Positions 29,185 through 39,032 are shown, counted from the first letter of the stretch. The stretch is DNA of 53,828 nucleotides from a virus (IMGVR_UViG_3300042332_000520:1-53828), one strand, 5' to 3'. The notes: generated by a model from the letters alone, not told the origin. Translations and numbers: made by a program.

Positions 29185-30393
29185 TTACACTGCAAATAGT
29201 GTACGCTCGATAATTATCGATGCATTAGTTGTTGCTGCGTTTGTAATAGTGGCACTTAATGTTAGTGTGCCTGTAGCGATTGCAGCTGAGAAAGTCACTG
29301 GAATTGGAGATGCAGCATTTGTTTCTAAAACAGAATACTCGTTCATTACTACGTTAGTTCCATCGTGAAGCATTCTTACTTCGCTTACTTGATATTTAGT
29401 TCCTTGAGTTACTTGAATTGTGTATTTAGCACTTCTGTATGTTGCCGTGGCCCATGTATCTAGAGTTGAAATAGTATTGACTGTAATATTGGCAGGTGTT
29501 ACAGCTTGTTTAGCTATTTTTGTAGCTGCACTTACAGCTAAAAGTAGTGCAGAATTATTTAACTGAATATTTGAAGTAGTTGTACTACCTCTTCCAGTAA
29601 CAGTAGATAAAGTATCTGATTCAGTTGTCAGATAACTTACGTTTGATGCTGCAGTAACTAGACCTTTTGCATTAACTGTTACGTTATTGTAAGTGCCTAC
29701 ATTAGAGTTTACAGTTGCTAGGGTTGCTGTTCCTGTTACGTTTGCGGAACCATTAAAAGAACCTGATGTGTATGTTACATCACCAGTCATAGCGATTGTA
29801 CGACCAGTGGTTAATGTAGCTGCGCTACCTGTAATATTGCTGTCTGTAAAAGCTACATCTTTGTAAGAAGCATAAGCTGTTGCAGAACCAAAAGCTTGTT
29901 GCCAAATACGCATTCCAATAGCGTCTTTACGGAACATAACTAGATTATCATTACCTCCGCTAGAATCAGTATAACTTCTCAGATGTAAAAAGTCAGCATA
30001 TGGACTAGCACTATTATTTGTCCAAGAAGTAAAACCAAATTTTAATCTGCTGGTTCCTAATTCACTTGGGCTAATTGCCCTATTATCTTCACCAGATAAT
30101 AATCCAGAAGTCGATGCTGTTGCAGCATTACCAGTTGTACTTTGGTTAAAAGTGGGCCATGTTTGACCAGCTGCAAAGGTAATAGCGCCTGTCATTGTAC
30201 CACCAGTAAGTGGTAAATAAACACTACTTAGTGAAGTTACAGAAGGAAAATAATCAATCGTTATACCGTCTGATTTTTTGTAGTATAATTTTCCATCTGC
30301 ATAGTTTAACGCTAATTCTCCATAACTCAAATCTGTTGTTAAAGGAATTTTTGCTGCTACAGATGATTTTTTAAGCTGGACTAAATTTGCCAT
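29185..30393 (-). CDS. fibre protein with Mtd_N-like N-terminus
   Basis: VQLKKSS...GELALNYADGKLY; VTVNAKGLVT repeat; C-terminal YRSAKY.IQ...HDGT domain. Confidence 0.75.
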   Translation of the reverse strand: MANLVQLKKSSVAAKIPLTTDLSYGELALNYADGKLYYKKSDGITIDYFPSVTSLSSVYLPLTGGTMTGAITFAAGQTWPTFNQSTTGNAATASTSGLLSGEDNRAISPSELGTSRLKFGFTSWTNNSASPYADFLHLRSYTDSSGGNDNLVMFRKDAIGMRIWQQAFGSATAYASYKDVAFTDSNITGSAATLTTGRTIAMTGDVTYTSGSFNGSANVTGTATLATVNSNVGTYNNVTVNAKGLVTAASNVSYLTTESDTLSTVTGRGSTTTSNIQLNNSALLLAVSAATKIAKQAVTPANITVNTISTLDTWATATYRSAKYTIQVTQGTKYQVSEVRMLHDGTNVVMNEYSVLETNAASPIPVTFSAAIATGTLTLSATITNAATTNASIIIERTLFAV

Positions 30394-30447
30394 CAAGACT
30401 CCTAAAAAGGTATAAAATAAAAGGGGCTAAAAAGCCCCTTATGAATA

Positions 30448-32736
30448 TCAGTATGTACCGCCGTCAATAGAATTTGACCAGTAAGGATTACCAGCTGCAT
30501 CTTCACGTAAGAAGCTACCATCAATAGTAGAAGCAGCAGTTACACCCATTGCAGATGTACCATTACCATAGATTATACCACGAGCAGTAGCTGTTGTCAA
30601 TCCTGTACCACCGTTTGCTACTGCAATAGTTGTACCATTCCATGTACCAGTACCAATAGTACCAACAGTAGTAATAGTACCTTGACCAGCATAAGTAGAC
30701 GCAATATCTATTGCATCAGCTGTAACACTAATTCTATTAGTTGTACCAACTACAGCGAGAACACCTGAAGTGTATGTTAAACCGTTACCAGCTACAGTGC
30801 TTGCTAGAGCAATATCATTAGCATTAACTGTAATACCTAAACCTGCACCTACATCAAATGTAGTACCATTTAATGTTAAACCATTACCAGCTACATATGC
30901 ACCAGCACCTGAGAATTGTGTCCAAACCTGACCTGAGAAACTTGTCAAATAGTGATTAGTTTGGACCCATCCTGTTTTAGCATAATTTAGACCTTCCATA
31001 ATATATACAGAAGAACCAACAAGTTCTTGATAAGTATCTGCATCTGCAGAACGAACTAGAGCATATGTTGTACCATTGTCGGTGTAATTGTATACACCAT
31101 TATCAGCTGCAGTTGTTTGACCAGTTAATAGTAAACGATAGCCTACATGGGCAGTGCCAAGAGCAGCATGTCCATCGATAATCAGTGTATTAGTAGAACC
31201 AGTTAATGCAACGTTTGTTGTGGCTAATAAGTTAGCTGCAGCTTTCCAATCAAGACCTGAAACTGCATTATCTACATAGGCTTTGTTGGCAGCATCTGTA
31301 GAATTTACTGGAGCAGCAACACCTGTAATTCTGTGATTTGCTACGTCTACGGCACCAGAGCCATTTGGACTAATAATGATATTACCATTAGCATCTAAAG
31401 AACTTAGTGTATTTCCGTTTAGATTTAAGTTATCTACTGTTAATTCTGTAACACCTGCTAGAGAAGTAGAAGTTGCGCCTAATGCTACTGTTGTAGAACC
31501 AATAGTTACAGAACTATAAGTTAGAGATGTATTGGCAATATTGGTAAGTGTATTATTAGCACCGCTAATAGTCTTACCTGTAAATGTTTCTGTGCCAGCT
31601 AATGTAGCTAATGTACCAGATGTTGGTAAAGTAACTGTTGTATTAGCAGTAGAATTAAGAGTAGTAACAAACGCACCAGTTGTTGCTAAAGTTGAACCGT
31701 TAGCGATTGTTAAAGTCGCTGAAGTTGCAGGAGCTGTTAGCGTAAGTTTGTTAATTGATGTTGCAGTAGCGGCACCTAGAGTAGGTGTAACAAGGGTTGG
31801 ACTTGTTGCAAAAACTAAAGAACCAGAGCCTGTTTCATCAGAAATAACGCCAGCTAACTGAGCAGAAGTTGTAGCTGCAAAATTACCTAATGTATTACTA
31901 GTTAAAGCTAATGTACCAGTACCAGTTGGAAGTGTAACAGTGTTAGTTCCAGCAACAGCATTGGCAACAAGAGTTGTAGAGCCAGAAGTTGAACCGTCAT
32001 ATTTTGCACCCGTACCACCGATAGTTGGTAATGTTAGGGTTTTATTTGTAAGTGTTTGAGTGCCTGTTAGAGTAGTAACAGTACTATCAATATCGAAAGT
32101 AACTGTGTTATTTGTAACAGCAGATGTGATACCAACACCACCAACAAAACTTAATGTATCCGTTAATAAGGCAACAGCATCTGTACCAGTATCACCAGAA
32201 ATATTTAAATTAGAGGCTACAGCAGCTGTAGATACACCTGTAACTAAACCTTTAGCGTTAACTGTAATAACTGGAATAGATGAAGCAGCACCAAATGTAC
32301 CTACATTAGTATTTACAGTAGCTAGTGTTAAAGCACTAGATACATTGGTTGAACCGTCTACAGAGCTAAAAGTAGCTGTTGCATCACCAGTTAAGGATAG
32401 GTCACGAGCAGTAGCCCATTTTGTAGCAGTACTTGCATTACCAGCAAGAGCTGCAGTAATTGTACCAGCTAAAAAGTTACCTGATGCATCTCTTTTTACG
32501 ATTGTAGAAGCAGTATTGGCATTTGTAGCTGCACTCACCATATCGGTGAAAAATTTACCACCGATTACAATATGATTCGCCGCATTACCAGAGGTTTCTG
32601 TACCCATACCGATGTATAAGCGATCACCACCATTTGAGCCATTATCAGCTAATGCTGAATACGCTAATTCACCTTGAGCTAGTGTAGTAGGATTACCTGC
32701 CACATCAGAGCGTTTGAGTCTTAAAATTGAAGCCAT
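30448..32736 (-). CDS. long fibre protein
   Basis: LRLKRS...GELAY N-terminus; QTLTNKT and DAANKAYVD fibre motifs; Thr/Gly-rich; ends IDGGTY. Confidence 0.8.
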   Translation of the reverse strand: MASILRLKRSDVAGNPTTLAQGELAYSALADNGSNGGDRLYIGMGTETSGNAANHIVIGGKFFTDMVSAATNANTASTIVKRDASGNFLAGTITAALAGNASTATKWATARDLSLTGDATATFSSVDGSTNVSSALTLATVNTNVGTFGAASSIPVITVNAKGLVTGVSTAAVASNLNISGDTGTDAVALLTDTLSFVGGVGITSAVTNNTVTFDIDSTVTTLTGTQTLTNKTLTLPTIGGTGAKYDGSTSGSTTLVANAVAGTNTVTLPTGTGTLALTSNTLGNFAATTSAQLAGVISDETGSGSLVFATSPTLVTPTLGAATATSINKLTLTAPATSATLTIANGSTLATTGAFVTTLNSTANTTVTLPTSGTLATLAGTETFTGKTISGANNTLTNIANTSLTYSSVTIGSTTVALGATSTSLAGVTELTVDNLNLNGNTLSSLDANGNIIISPNGSGAVDVANHRITGVAAPVNSTDAANKAYVDNAVSGLDWKAAANLLATTNVALTGSTNTLIIDGHAALGTAHVGYRLLLTGQTTAADNGVYNYTDNGTTYALVRSADADTYQELVGSSVYIMEGLNYAKTGWVQTNHYLTSFSGQVWTQFSGAGAYVAGNGLTLNGTTFDVGAGLGITVNANDIALASTVAGNGLTYTSGVLAVVGTTNRISVTADAIDIASTYAGQGTITTVGTIGTGTWNGTTIAVANGGTGLTTATARGIIYGNGTSAMGVTAASTIDGSFLREDAAGNPYWSNSIDGGTY

Positions 32737-32750
32737 AATTTTTCCTTGAT

Positions 32751-33014
32751 TTAATAATGTCCAGATTCAACGCTCTGGTTTTCGAGAAGGGTTGTTGCAA
32801 CCCATTTTTGTACTACATCTGAATAGACTAAAACTGAACCGTTTTCCTTATTCGTAGCATCTACATCAACAGCCCCTTCTATTTGAGTAACACCTTGCGG
32901 TCCGGGTTCATTAGCTGTAATAATAGTTTGTGGTTGATCAGTATCAATAATCAGTACAGAAGAAGCTCCTTCTTCAATTACTAAAATTGTTTCACTGATT
33001 ACAGTTTCAATCAT
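32751..33014 (-). CDS. small virion adaptor-like protein
   Basis: DVD...NGSVLVY....KWVAT motif; ends ESGHY. Confidence 0.55.
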   Translation of the reverse strand: MIETVISETILVIEEGASSVLIIDTDQPQTIITANEPGPQGVTQIEGAVDVDATNKENGSVLVYSDVVQKWVATTLLENQSVESGHY

Positions 33015-33370
33015 CTAGTTACCTCCGGGATCGCTGCAAAGCACCCTTCTAAAATACGATAGACTGGACCTTCACTTGGATAAATAATTTCTAGATCATA
33101 AACTCCGCCAGTAAAAGTATAACTAGTGCTCACTGTATGTTCGATATCAATTCTTAATTTTCCTAGAACTGGATCATATATAGATAATTTACCATTTTCA
33201 GTAGTAAGTGTATCTAAAATTTCAGAACTATTTACTGATTTTCTAATTTGCATTCTAGCTGTACAACCTGTTAGATTCACAGGTTCAGCAGGTGTTCCAG
33301 TCTTCCACTGGATTAGTTTAGAAAAGGTAGAACCTTTATAAACTGTTAAATCTAAATTTGCTGGTTGCAT
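33011..33370 (-). CDS. BppU/collar-like fibre attachment protein
   Basis: LTVYKGSTF...VNLTG.TARMQIR...GVYDLEI...RILEG.F...PEVTR motif. Confidence 0.65.
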   Translation of the reverse strand: MQPANLDLTVYKGSTFSKLIQWKTGTPAEPVNLTGCTARMQIRKSVNSSEILDTLTTENGKLSIYDPVLGKLRIDIEHTVSTSYTFTGGVYDLEIIYPSEGPVYRILEGCFAAIPEVTR

Positions 33371-33379
33371 GTTGTTCCT

Positions 33380-34801
33380 TTAAAATAACACCAGTGAAGC
33401 GAGTGATGTACGATAATCTACGTAGTTTTCGCCAGTATCAGTACTAACTGTTCTAGCTTTAGGTATGTTTGTGTAAGAATTCGCACTCTGAAAAATGACT
33501 GAACCCATTTTTACAAACTCTAAGAAAGGCAAACCTGTCATTTCTTTTAGTTCCACTTTGGCTCCTGCTCTTGCATTAGATTTTGTATTATATGTATTTC
33601 CTAATACTGCAACAATTGGATTTTCAACGTCATTAGTAGCAAGAACATGCACAAGTAAGAATTCATTATTTGGAACCTCACTCAATATCCAACCAGTTCC
33701 ATTGTAATGATTATATGCAGGGCGGGTAGTGCCAGAATAATGCGAAACTTCATTTGGAAGAATTAATGCAAAATTACTTGAATTTTTTCTATACCAATTT
33801 GTATTAGCACCAATCCGATAGAATACTGGAAGATGAGCAATAGTTGAAAAATCTTGTGGCGAATTATCAATAATATTTATAGTTAAATCCTCATCTGCAA
33901 TAACGCCATTATCGCATCCAAATTGAGCTGCACTAGATAGTGATCCATTTTGTTCAGTAAGAATATTTGAGATGCCTAAACCTGATCTATATTGAGCACC
34001 AATTGATAAGTGCAAATGCTGATGGGTAGCACCATCCATTATAATGCCGTGTCTTTCATCTGCAAAGTAAATATGCTTTTGTTGGTCTTGTCTCCAATAT
34101 ACCAAAGCAACTAAAGCTGCATTCAGAAATAAGTCTGGAGTAACAGTAGTACTTGTTGTTAATGCTTCAGATGGATAATCAAAATAAATAAAATGCACAC
34201 CAGTAGTATCAGTAAGCTGAATAGACTCTGAGAAGTATGTATGTTCCTTTGCATGCAACCAAACATTAAAACCTTGCTGCATATTTGTAGCTGCAATAGT
34301 AAATGTTCTTGAGCTATCATCAAAACTGATAGTGCTTGTGGTTCTGGTTTGAAAACCAGTTGGTTCTTGCATTGCTAGAACTGCGCTATTATCTTGAGTT
34401 ACATTGACTGTTTGAGTAATATGCTCTTCGATAGCTTTATTTTTTGTAGTTATTTTCTTGCCATCTTTAAACAAGATAACCAAATGCCCTACGGAGTCGA
34501 ATTCAGCCCCTACAATAAGGTTTGGATCATTACTAATAGGTTGATCGCCAACAGCCTTAGAAGTCATCTCATACGGGCTTCCAGATAGGCTTCTTAGTGC
34601 TTGCATGTGAGCAGGTACTTTAGGTTTTACTGGTTGATTCTTTTTCTCTTTAATCTTTACAGCACTAAGGCCAGCAAAGATTGCTTCTTCTTGTGTTTGT
34701 TCTTTATCCAGAGCAGCATTGGCAACTGTAGCAAATAACTCTTTTAATTCTTTTGATTTTCCTTGCATAGCAGGAATAGTGTTAGTTGCACTCCAAGCCA
34801 T
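33380..34801 (-). CDS. virion-associated protein with ChaB-like N-terminus
   Basis: The first ~50 aa resemble the adjacent 76-aa protein; the remainder is beta-rich. Confidence 0.6.
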   Translation of the reverse strand: MAWSATNTIPAMQGKSKELKELFATVANAALDKEQTQEEAIFAGLSAVKIKEKKNQPVKPKVPAHMQALRSLSGSPYEMTSKAVGDQPISNDPNLIVGAEFDSVGHLVILFKDGKKITTKNKAIEEHITQTVNVTQDNSAVLAMQEPTGFQTRTTSTISFDDSSRTFTIAATNMQQGFNVWLHAKEHTYFSESIQLTDTTGVHFIYFDYPSEALTTSTTVTPDLFLNAALVALVYWRQDQQKHIYFADERHGIIMDGATHQHLHLSIGAQYRSGLGISNILTEQNGSLSSAAQFGCDNGVIADEDLTINIIDNSPQDFSTIAHLPVFYRIGANTNWYRKNSSNFALILPNEVSHYSGTTRPAYNHYNGTGWILSEVPNNEFLLVHVLATNDVENPIVAVLGNTYNTKSNARAGAKVELKEMTGLPFLEFVKMGSVIFQSANSYTNIPKARTVSTDTGENYVDYRTSLASLVLF

Positions 34802-34859
34802 AAACTCTCCTTATAAACAATAATAACCCCGAGAGTAACCTCGGGGTATTTGTAAGACT

Positions 34860-34888
34860 ATTATATCACAAAATTACTATTAATTCAA
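34860..34888 (-). promoter_or_regulatory. sigma70-type promoter for the fibre block
   Basis: TTGAAT-17-TATAAT with extended TG; a terminator-like hairpin lies at 34825-34848. Confidence 0.65.
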
Positions 34889-35115
34889 GATAAATTAGAG
34901 TATTTTGATTTCATTAAATCTTCAACTGATTTTTTAACTTTATCTTTTTTGAATGACTCTTCTGCATTCTTCATAGCAGCAAGAGAAGCAATACGAGCCT
35001 TTTCTTCAGACCCTGTATCTTTCAAGGTCTGATTAAAAACACGAATAGCAACTTCTTGCACTGCATCACTCTTTTTAGAGGCCCATTGTGGAGGGTTAGT
35101 TTTTGAATAAGGCAT
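34885..35115 (-). CDS. ChaB-like small protein
   Basis: MPYS..NPP......A....FN.......EE.A...A.AA pattern. Confidence 0.6.
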   Translation of the reverse strand: MPYSKTNPPQWASKKSDAVQEVAIRVFNQTLKDTGSEEKARIASLAAMKNAEESFKKDKVKKSVEDLMKSKYSNLS

Positions 35116-35117
35116 AA

Positions 35118-36593
35118 TTATCCTGCATTCTCTAAGTTATCGGAACTGGTATCATTACCAGATGGATTTGTTGAAGTACCTTCGCCAGCTGTTTTCATGC
35201 CGTCACCACTTCTAGAGGTCTTTGCAGGAATAAGGGCAGCATTAGGTTCTTCATCTTCAGGTAGACCGTCTACACCTACTGATTCACGAATACGATTTAG
35301 AACAGCACGATCAACTTCAAGTACAGAAGTACTAGCAAAACGTTGAATAGCTTTACTGAATGATTCTAAATCTTCGGTCTGGATATTATCATAATCCATG
35401 TAACCCATTCTGGAAGTATCCCAACCATTGAGTTCATAGGTTTGACGAATTAAATCTTCATTGATTACTTGTGTAATCTTATTGAGCATTGATTCAGCAG
35501 CTGAACCAGATAAAGTACTCTTGATCTGACCAAGTGCAAAAGAACCACCACCAGTTTGACCCATAGTTAATAGATCGGCGAATAAAGAAGTAAGAATTAA
35601 GTTCTTGTAGTATTCTTTAATCTTAGATGTATCCATTGCTTTGCCACCATTAAGGCTTAGAAGCTCTAGATTGAATAAAGGCTGGCGAGTATCTGCATCA
35701 AAAGCTTGTGGTAGAATCAAAGCTGATTGCTGATTTACCTGCAAATTCCGCATTACATTTTCGTAGTAAGCACGAATTGCTTTTTGTTCTGGAGATGCAT
35801 CGTTAGATAGATACTGAGGTGGAAGCTTTAGAACTGGAAGACCAGCTAAATCTTTAGCTACACCGTTGGCTTCGATCTCTTCGATAACAGTGAGAAATCG
35901 CCAAGCTAGATAAGCATCACGCAATGGAGACTTACCGAAAGGATCGCCTTTATGTTTACCTGCTCTAAACAGCATGATCTTGCTGCGAGGAAGTACAATA
36001 GCATTTAAACTACGACTAGCAAAACGATTATACGGATCACTTACTTGAGATAGATTCTGACGAACACCAAGAATTTCATTACCATCATCTGAGAAAACAA
36101 AACGCTCAATAGTCTCTTGGTTACGAATTGGAAGCTTTCTCCATCCGATTAATCCATCATTGTATTTGGAGCCAGCAGCTTTTGTGCGCTTACGATAGAC
36201 TTTTTCATGCACTGAGAAACCAAAAGTATTTGCACTTAGAGCATCACTAATAAATTCAGACCAAGTTTGATCTTGTAAGTCTTGCATCATTTCATTGATG
36301 GCTTTTACTTGATTAAGTTCTTCTTCAGTAGCGTTATCAGGAGCCTTAAATTTCCAATCTACCTTACTAATTAGATTATCAAATAAAGATAAAGCTGAAT
36401 TAATAGTACTGTGGTAGGACATTTGTTTAAATGTATTAACTGAAGCTGGAAAGTTGAGTTCTTTCTTTAGTTCAGTATCCGTTACTCCTGCATAAATATT
36501 AAGGCCAAGATAACCACTTTCAGATAATTTAAATCGTTCAGGTGTATCGCCCATTGTAGCTTTAGTAACTTCTTGTTTTCTTGGTCTTGCCAT
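35118..36593 (-). CDS. portal protein
   Basis: 491 aa after TerL; GFSVHEKVY, GDPFGKSPLR.AY, E..GVAKDLAGLP and GSFALG motifs. Confidence 0.9.
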   Translation of the reverse strand: MARPRKQEVTKATMGDTPERFKLSESGYLGLNIYAGVTDTELKKELNFPASVNTFKQMSYHSTINSALSLFDNLISKVDWKFKAPDNATEEELNQVKAINEMMQDLQDQTWSEFISDALSANTFGFSVHEKVYRKRTKAAGSKYNDGLIGWRKLPIRNQETIERFVFSDDGNEILGVRQNLSQVSDPYNRFASRSLNAIVLPRSKIMLFRAGKHKGDPFGKSPLRDAYLAWRFLTVIEEIEANGVAKDLAGLPVLKLPPQYLSNDASPEQKAIRAYYENVMRNLQVNQQSALILPQAFDADTRQPLFNLELLSLNGGKAMDTSKIKEYYKNLILTSLFADLLTMGQTGGGSFALGQIKSTLSGSAAESMLNKITQVINEDLIRQTYELNGWDTSRMGYMDYDNIQTEDLESFSKAIQRFASTSVLEVDRAVLNRIRESVGVDGLPEDEEPNAALIPAKTSRSGDGMKTAGEGTSTNPSGNDTSSDNLENAG

Positions 36594-36604
36594 TCAAGGC
36601 TCCT

Positions 36605-38077
36605 TTAATTAATAATACTTGAGAATGCAGGTAAGTTTGTCTGTACTTGCATACTTTCAAATGGATTAGAACCTGAGAAATCAGGTAATGTGAAATTAGG
36701 GATTGATGTATCTTTATTCAATAAAAGCATACAGTCTGAACAGCAGTCTACTTGGTCGTCTTTTTTCTTAGGATCGCCATCAAAGATTTCAAGTTCATCG
36801 AAGAAGTCTTTATTCCAGTTCGCTTTTACTACATTAACGAAACCAGCTTGAGCAATACTAGAGAAAGGAGCAAAACGGGTAATCTTGGATTTAACTGGCT
36901 TTGTTAGTCTGCAACTAAAACCCATTTCAGCTAATTTACGTTGCAAGTCTTTAGCATAAGCACCAGCAGCAGCTGCAGGATCAAGCGGAATAGAAATAAT
37001 CACATCTTGTCCATCTTGAATAGCTGTTTGGAAAACTAGTTTCTCAACTTCATGCACTCTATCTCGCAGACCAACTACATCTTCAACTGTGTAGACTTTA
37101 GCTGCATCCTTGGACATTAAAACTCCACGAGTCCAGTCAGGATTAGGATATTGTTCGGACGGTTTACTAAAAGCAAAGTCCCATGCTCGGATTCTTTGAC
37201 GAGCTTTACCATTGGCATGATCTACTAAGCCTACCCATTCTCGTTTAAACAAGCCAGAAGACTCTTGACGAGCAAACCAAGACCCATCTAGCAAGCGTTC
37301 CTTTTCAACCCTTGGAAGGGACATTAAACGGCTAATATAGTCAGGTTGTGCTTTGAGCAAAGGTGGGTTATCTCTGCAGGTAGCACCAATGAAAGTAAAA
37401 GAGCTGATACCGGACTCATCACCGGAACCATGTACAGTTTCTGCAGCTTCGAGGCTATTATACCAAAGCATGGTATTGCCTTGTCTAAAGAAGAAACGCT
37501 TATAACCAGTTTTCTCTTGTAAAGGAATACCTGTTTGAGGGTCTAGATAAAAGTCCTCTAACCAGCCTCTTAAAAAGCTGTTATAATCAGGGTTGGTCAT
37601 TAGGAACATCTGTGGTTTGTAATCCACGTAAGCATTTCGCATACGAGATAACAAATAGACGACCATTTCTTCCTCAAAGTCCGTAGCTTCATCAAAAATA
37701 ACTAAACTGTATTGACCACCTTTGTGATCGTACATGTTACTTGAGTGCTGCATGTGACTGAATTTGAGAAGTGCTCCATTAGGGAATATAATTTCTAGTT
37801 CTCGTGTACGAATACGTAAGTTTGGAAACAAAGCACTGTATAAGTTACAAGCTTCTTGCCAAACAGAACCGGGAGCAGTAAGCATCTTAGATGTTCTACG
37901 GAAAATAACTCCAGTAGCTCTAGGATGCTGCATGAATTTTAAAGCAATAAGCAGTGAGGTATAAGTCTTACCTGAACCTGCTGCTCCACCAGCCAGAGTA
38001 ATAGTTGAATCACTATTTAAAAATAACTCTTGCTTTTTAGAGGCTGGTCCAATTACAACTTGTTTCTCGTTCTGCAT
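36605..38077 (-). CDS. terL: terminase large subunit
   Basis: Walker A GGAAGSGKT, Walker B IFDEAT, TNP coupling motif, RAWDFA and DDQVD nuclease acids. Confidence 0.95.
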   Translation of the reverse strand: MQNEKQVVIGPASKKQELFLNSDSTITLAGGAAGSGKTYTSLLIALKFMQHPRATGVIFRRTSKMLTAPGSVWQEACNLYSALFPNLRIRTRELEIIFPNGALLKFSHMQHSSNMYDHKGGQYSLVIFDEATDFEEEMVVYLLSRMRNAYVDYKPQMFLMTNPDYNSFLRGWLEDFYLDPQTGIPLQEKTGYKRFFFRQGNTMLWYNSLEAAETVHGSGDESGISSFTFIGATCRDNPPLLKAQPDYISRLMSLPRVEKERLLDGSWFARQESSGLFKREWVGLVDHANGKARQRIRAWDFAFSKPSEQYPNPDWTRGVLMSKDAAKVYTVEDVVGLRDRVHEVEKLVFQTAIQDGQDVIISIPLDPAAAAGAYAKDLQRKLAEMGFSCRLTKPVKSKITRFAPFSSIAQAGFVNVVKANWNKDFFDELEIFDGDPKKKDDQVDCCSDCMLLLNKDTSIPNFTLPDFSGSNPFESMQVQTNLPAFSSIIN

Positions 38078-38085
38078 TTATATCC

Positions 38086-38439
38086 TTACGCAGCTTTTTC
38101 TTCTTGCTCAATTACTTTGAGAGAGAATAAAGGTGCATTATGTTGTTGAATTTCAGTGCCTTGTTCTTCTGCATGATCTTCATCGTAAACATCTAGTGTA
38201 AGTCTGCGATAATTGTCTAAAAGAACAGTAGCTGCTTTTAATTGGTTTTGGTGACTAGCTTCTTCATTCTTCATGATTTTGGCAGCTTGCATAATGGCTT
38301 CTGCTACATGAGGTTTGATTTTGCGAAGCAGCATGATTAACTCACGCTCTTTTAGTTCACGATTAGTTGGTTTATCTAAAACGCTGTCCTTCTTAGGGCG
38401 ACCGTTTGGATTACCTGATTTGCCTTTTGTAAAAGCCAT
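38086..38439 (-). CDS. terminase small subunit (putative)
   Basis: MAFTKGKSGNPNGRPK N-terminus; directly upstream of terL; AAGGAG RBS. Confidence 0.7.
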   Translation of the reverse strand: MAFTKGKSGNPNGRPKKDSVLDKPTNRELKERELIMLLRKIKPHVAEAIMQAAKIMKNEEASHQNQLKAATVLLDNYRRLTLDVYDEDHAEEQGTEIQQHNAPLFSLKVIEQEEKAA

Positions 38440-38454
38440 AATATCTCCTTGAAT

Positions 38455-38735
38455 TAGCTCTGGTGACGACTCCAGAGTAGCCTTTTCGTATCTACCGCAG
38501 AAGGAACGCTGTATTCTTTGCATAAGCACTTGGCAATGCTTACCTGAAGCTTCTACACTTCATGTTACCTCGCAACAGATTCGAGGGACGCCTAAAACCG
38601 AGGTGACTTCGGACCTAAGGTAGGTTCGGTACGTCCTTTGTCTATGGACAGTGGACAAAATAAGTGTGCGTTTTAACTTATAGCGTAAGTCGCACCCCTT
38701 GCTACTTCCCGTAATAGCCTAAGCTATCTCTCGAA
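38455..38735 (-). ncRNA. candidate structured ncRNA (multi-hairpin)
   Basis: About ten consecutive hairpins and a multibranch element between tRNA-Ser and terS; no convincing ORF. Confidence 0.5.
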
Positions 38736-38742
38736 CGGTTTC

Positions 38743-38832
38743 TGGCGGACAGGGACGGAGTTGAACCCTCAAGGCCCGTTAAGGCTCGGCTGCTTTCAAG
38801 GCAGTTTTCGTCGCCAATCGATTTGCCTGTCC
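38743..38832 (-). tRNA. tRNA-Ser(UGA)
   Basis: Loop CT-TGA-AA, long variable arm, encoded CCA. Confidence 0.88.
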
Positions 38833-38837
38833 GTATA

Positions 38838-38923
38838 TGGTGGGCACTCTAGGACTCGAACCTAGTAGTCTTTTGGACGGCGGATTTACAGTCCGCTGCA
38901 GTCACCAGTGCTGCTCAATACCC
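38838..38923 (-). tRNA. tRNA-Tyr(GUA)
   Basis: GCGGA-CTGTAAA-TCCGC arm, GTTCGAG T loop, CCA. Confidence 0.9.
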
Positions 38924-38954
38924 TTTGTTGTTTGCTATTTGCGAATAGCGAATA

Positions 38955-39032
38955 TGGTCCGTAATGAATGATTCGAACATTCGATATCTCGGCCCCAAAC
39001 CGAGTGACTTAACCAGACTAGCCTAATTACGG
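38955..39032 (-). tRNA. tRNA-Pro(UGG)
   Basis: CTCGG-TTTGGGG-CCGAG arm, CCA. Confidence 0.9.

Noticed and set aside
31532-32575. Plus-strand ORFs opposite fibre genes (also 5000, 5929, 14891, 18314, 21797, 27034, 49262 and similar)
   Set aside because: Antisense shadows of biased-codon genes, without RBS or recognisable motifs.
38086-38529. 147-aa version of terS and small ORFs across the tRNA cluster
   Set aside because: The RBS supports a start at 38439; ORFs such as 38935-39528 and 39878-40063 overlap clear tRNA genes.
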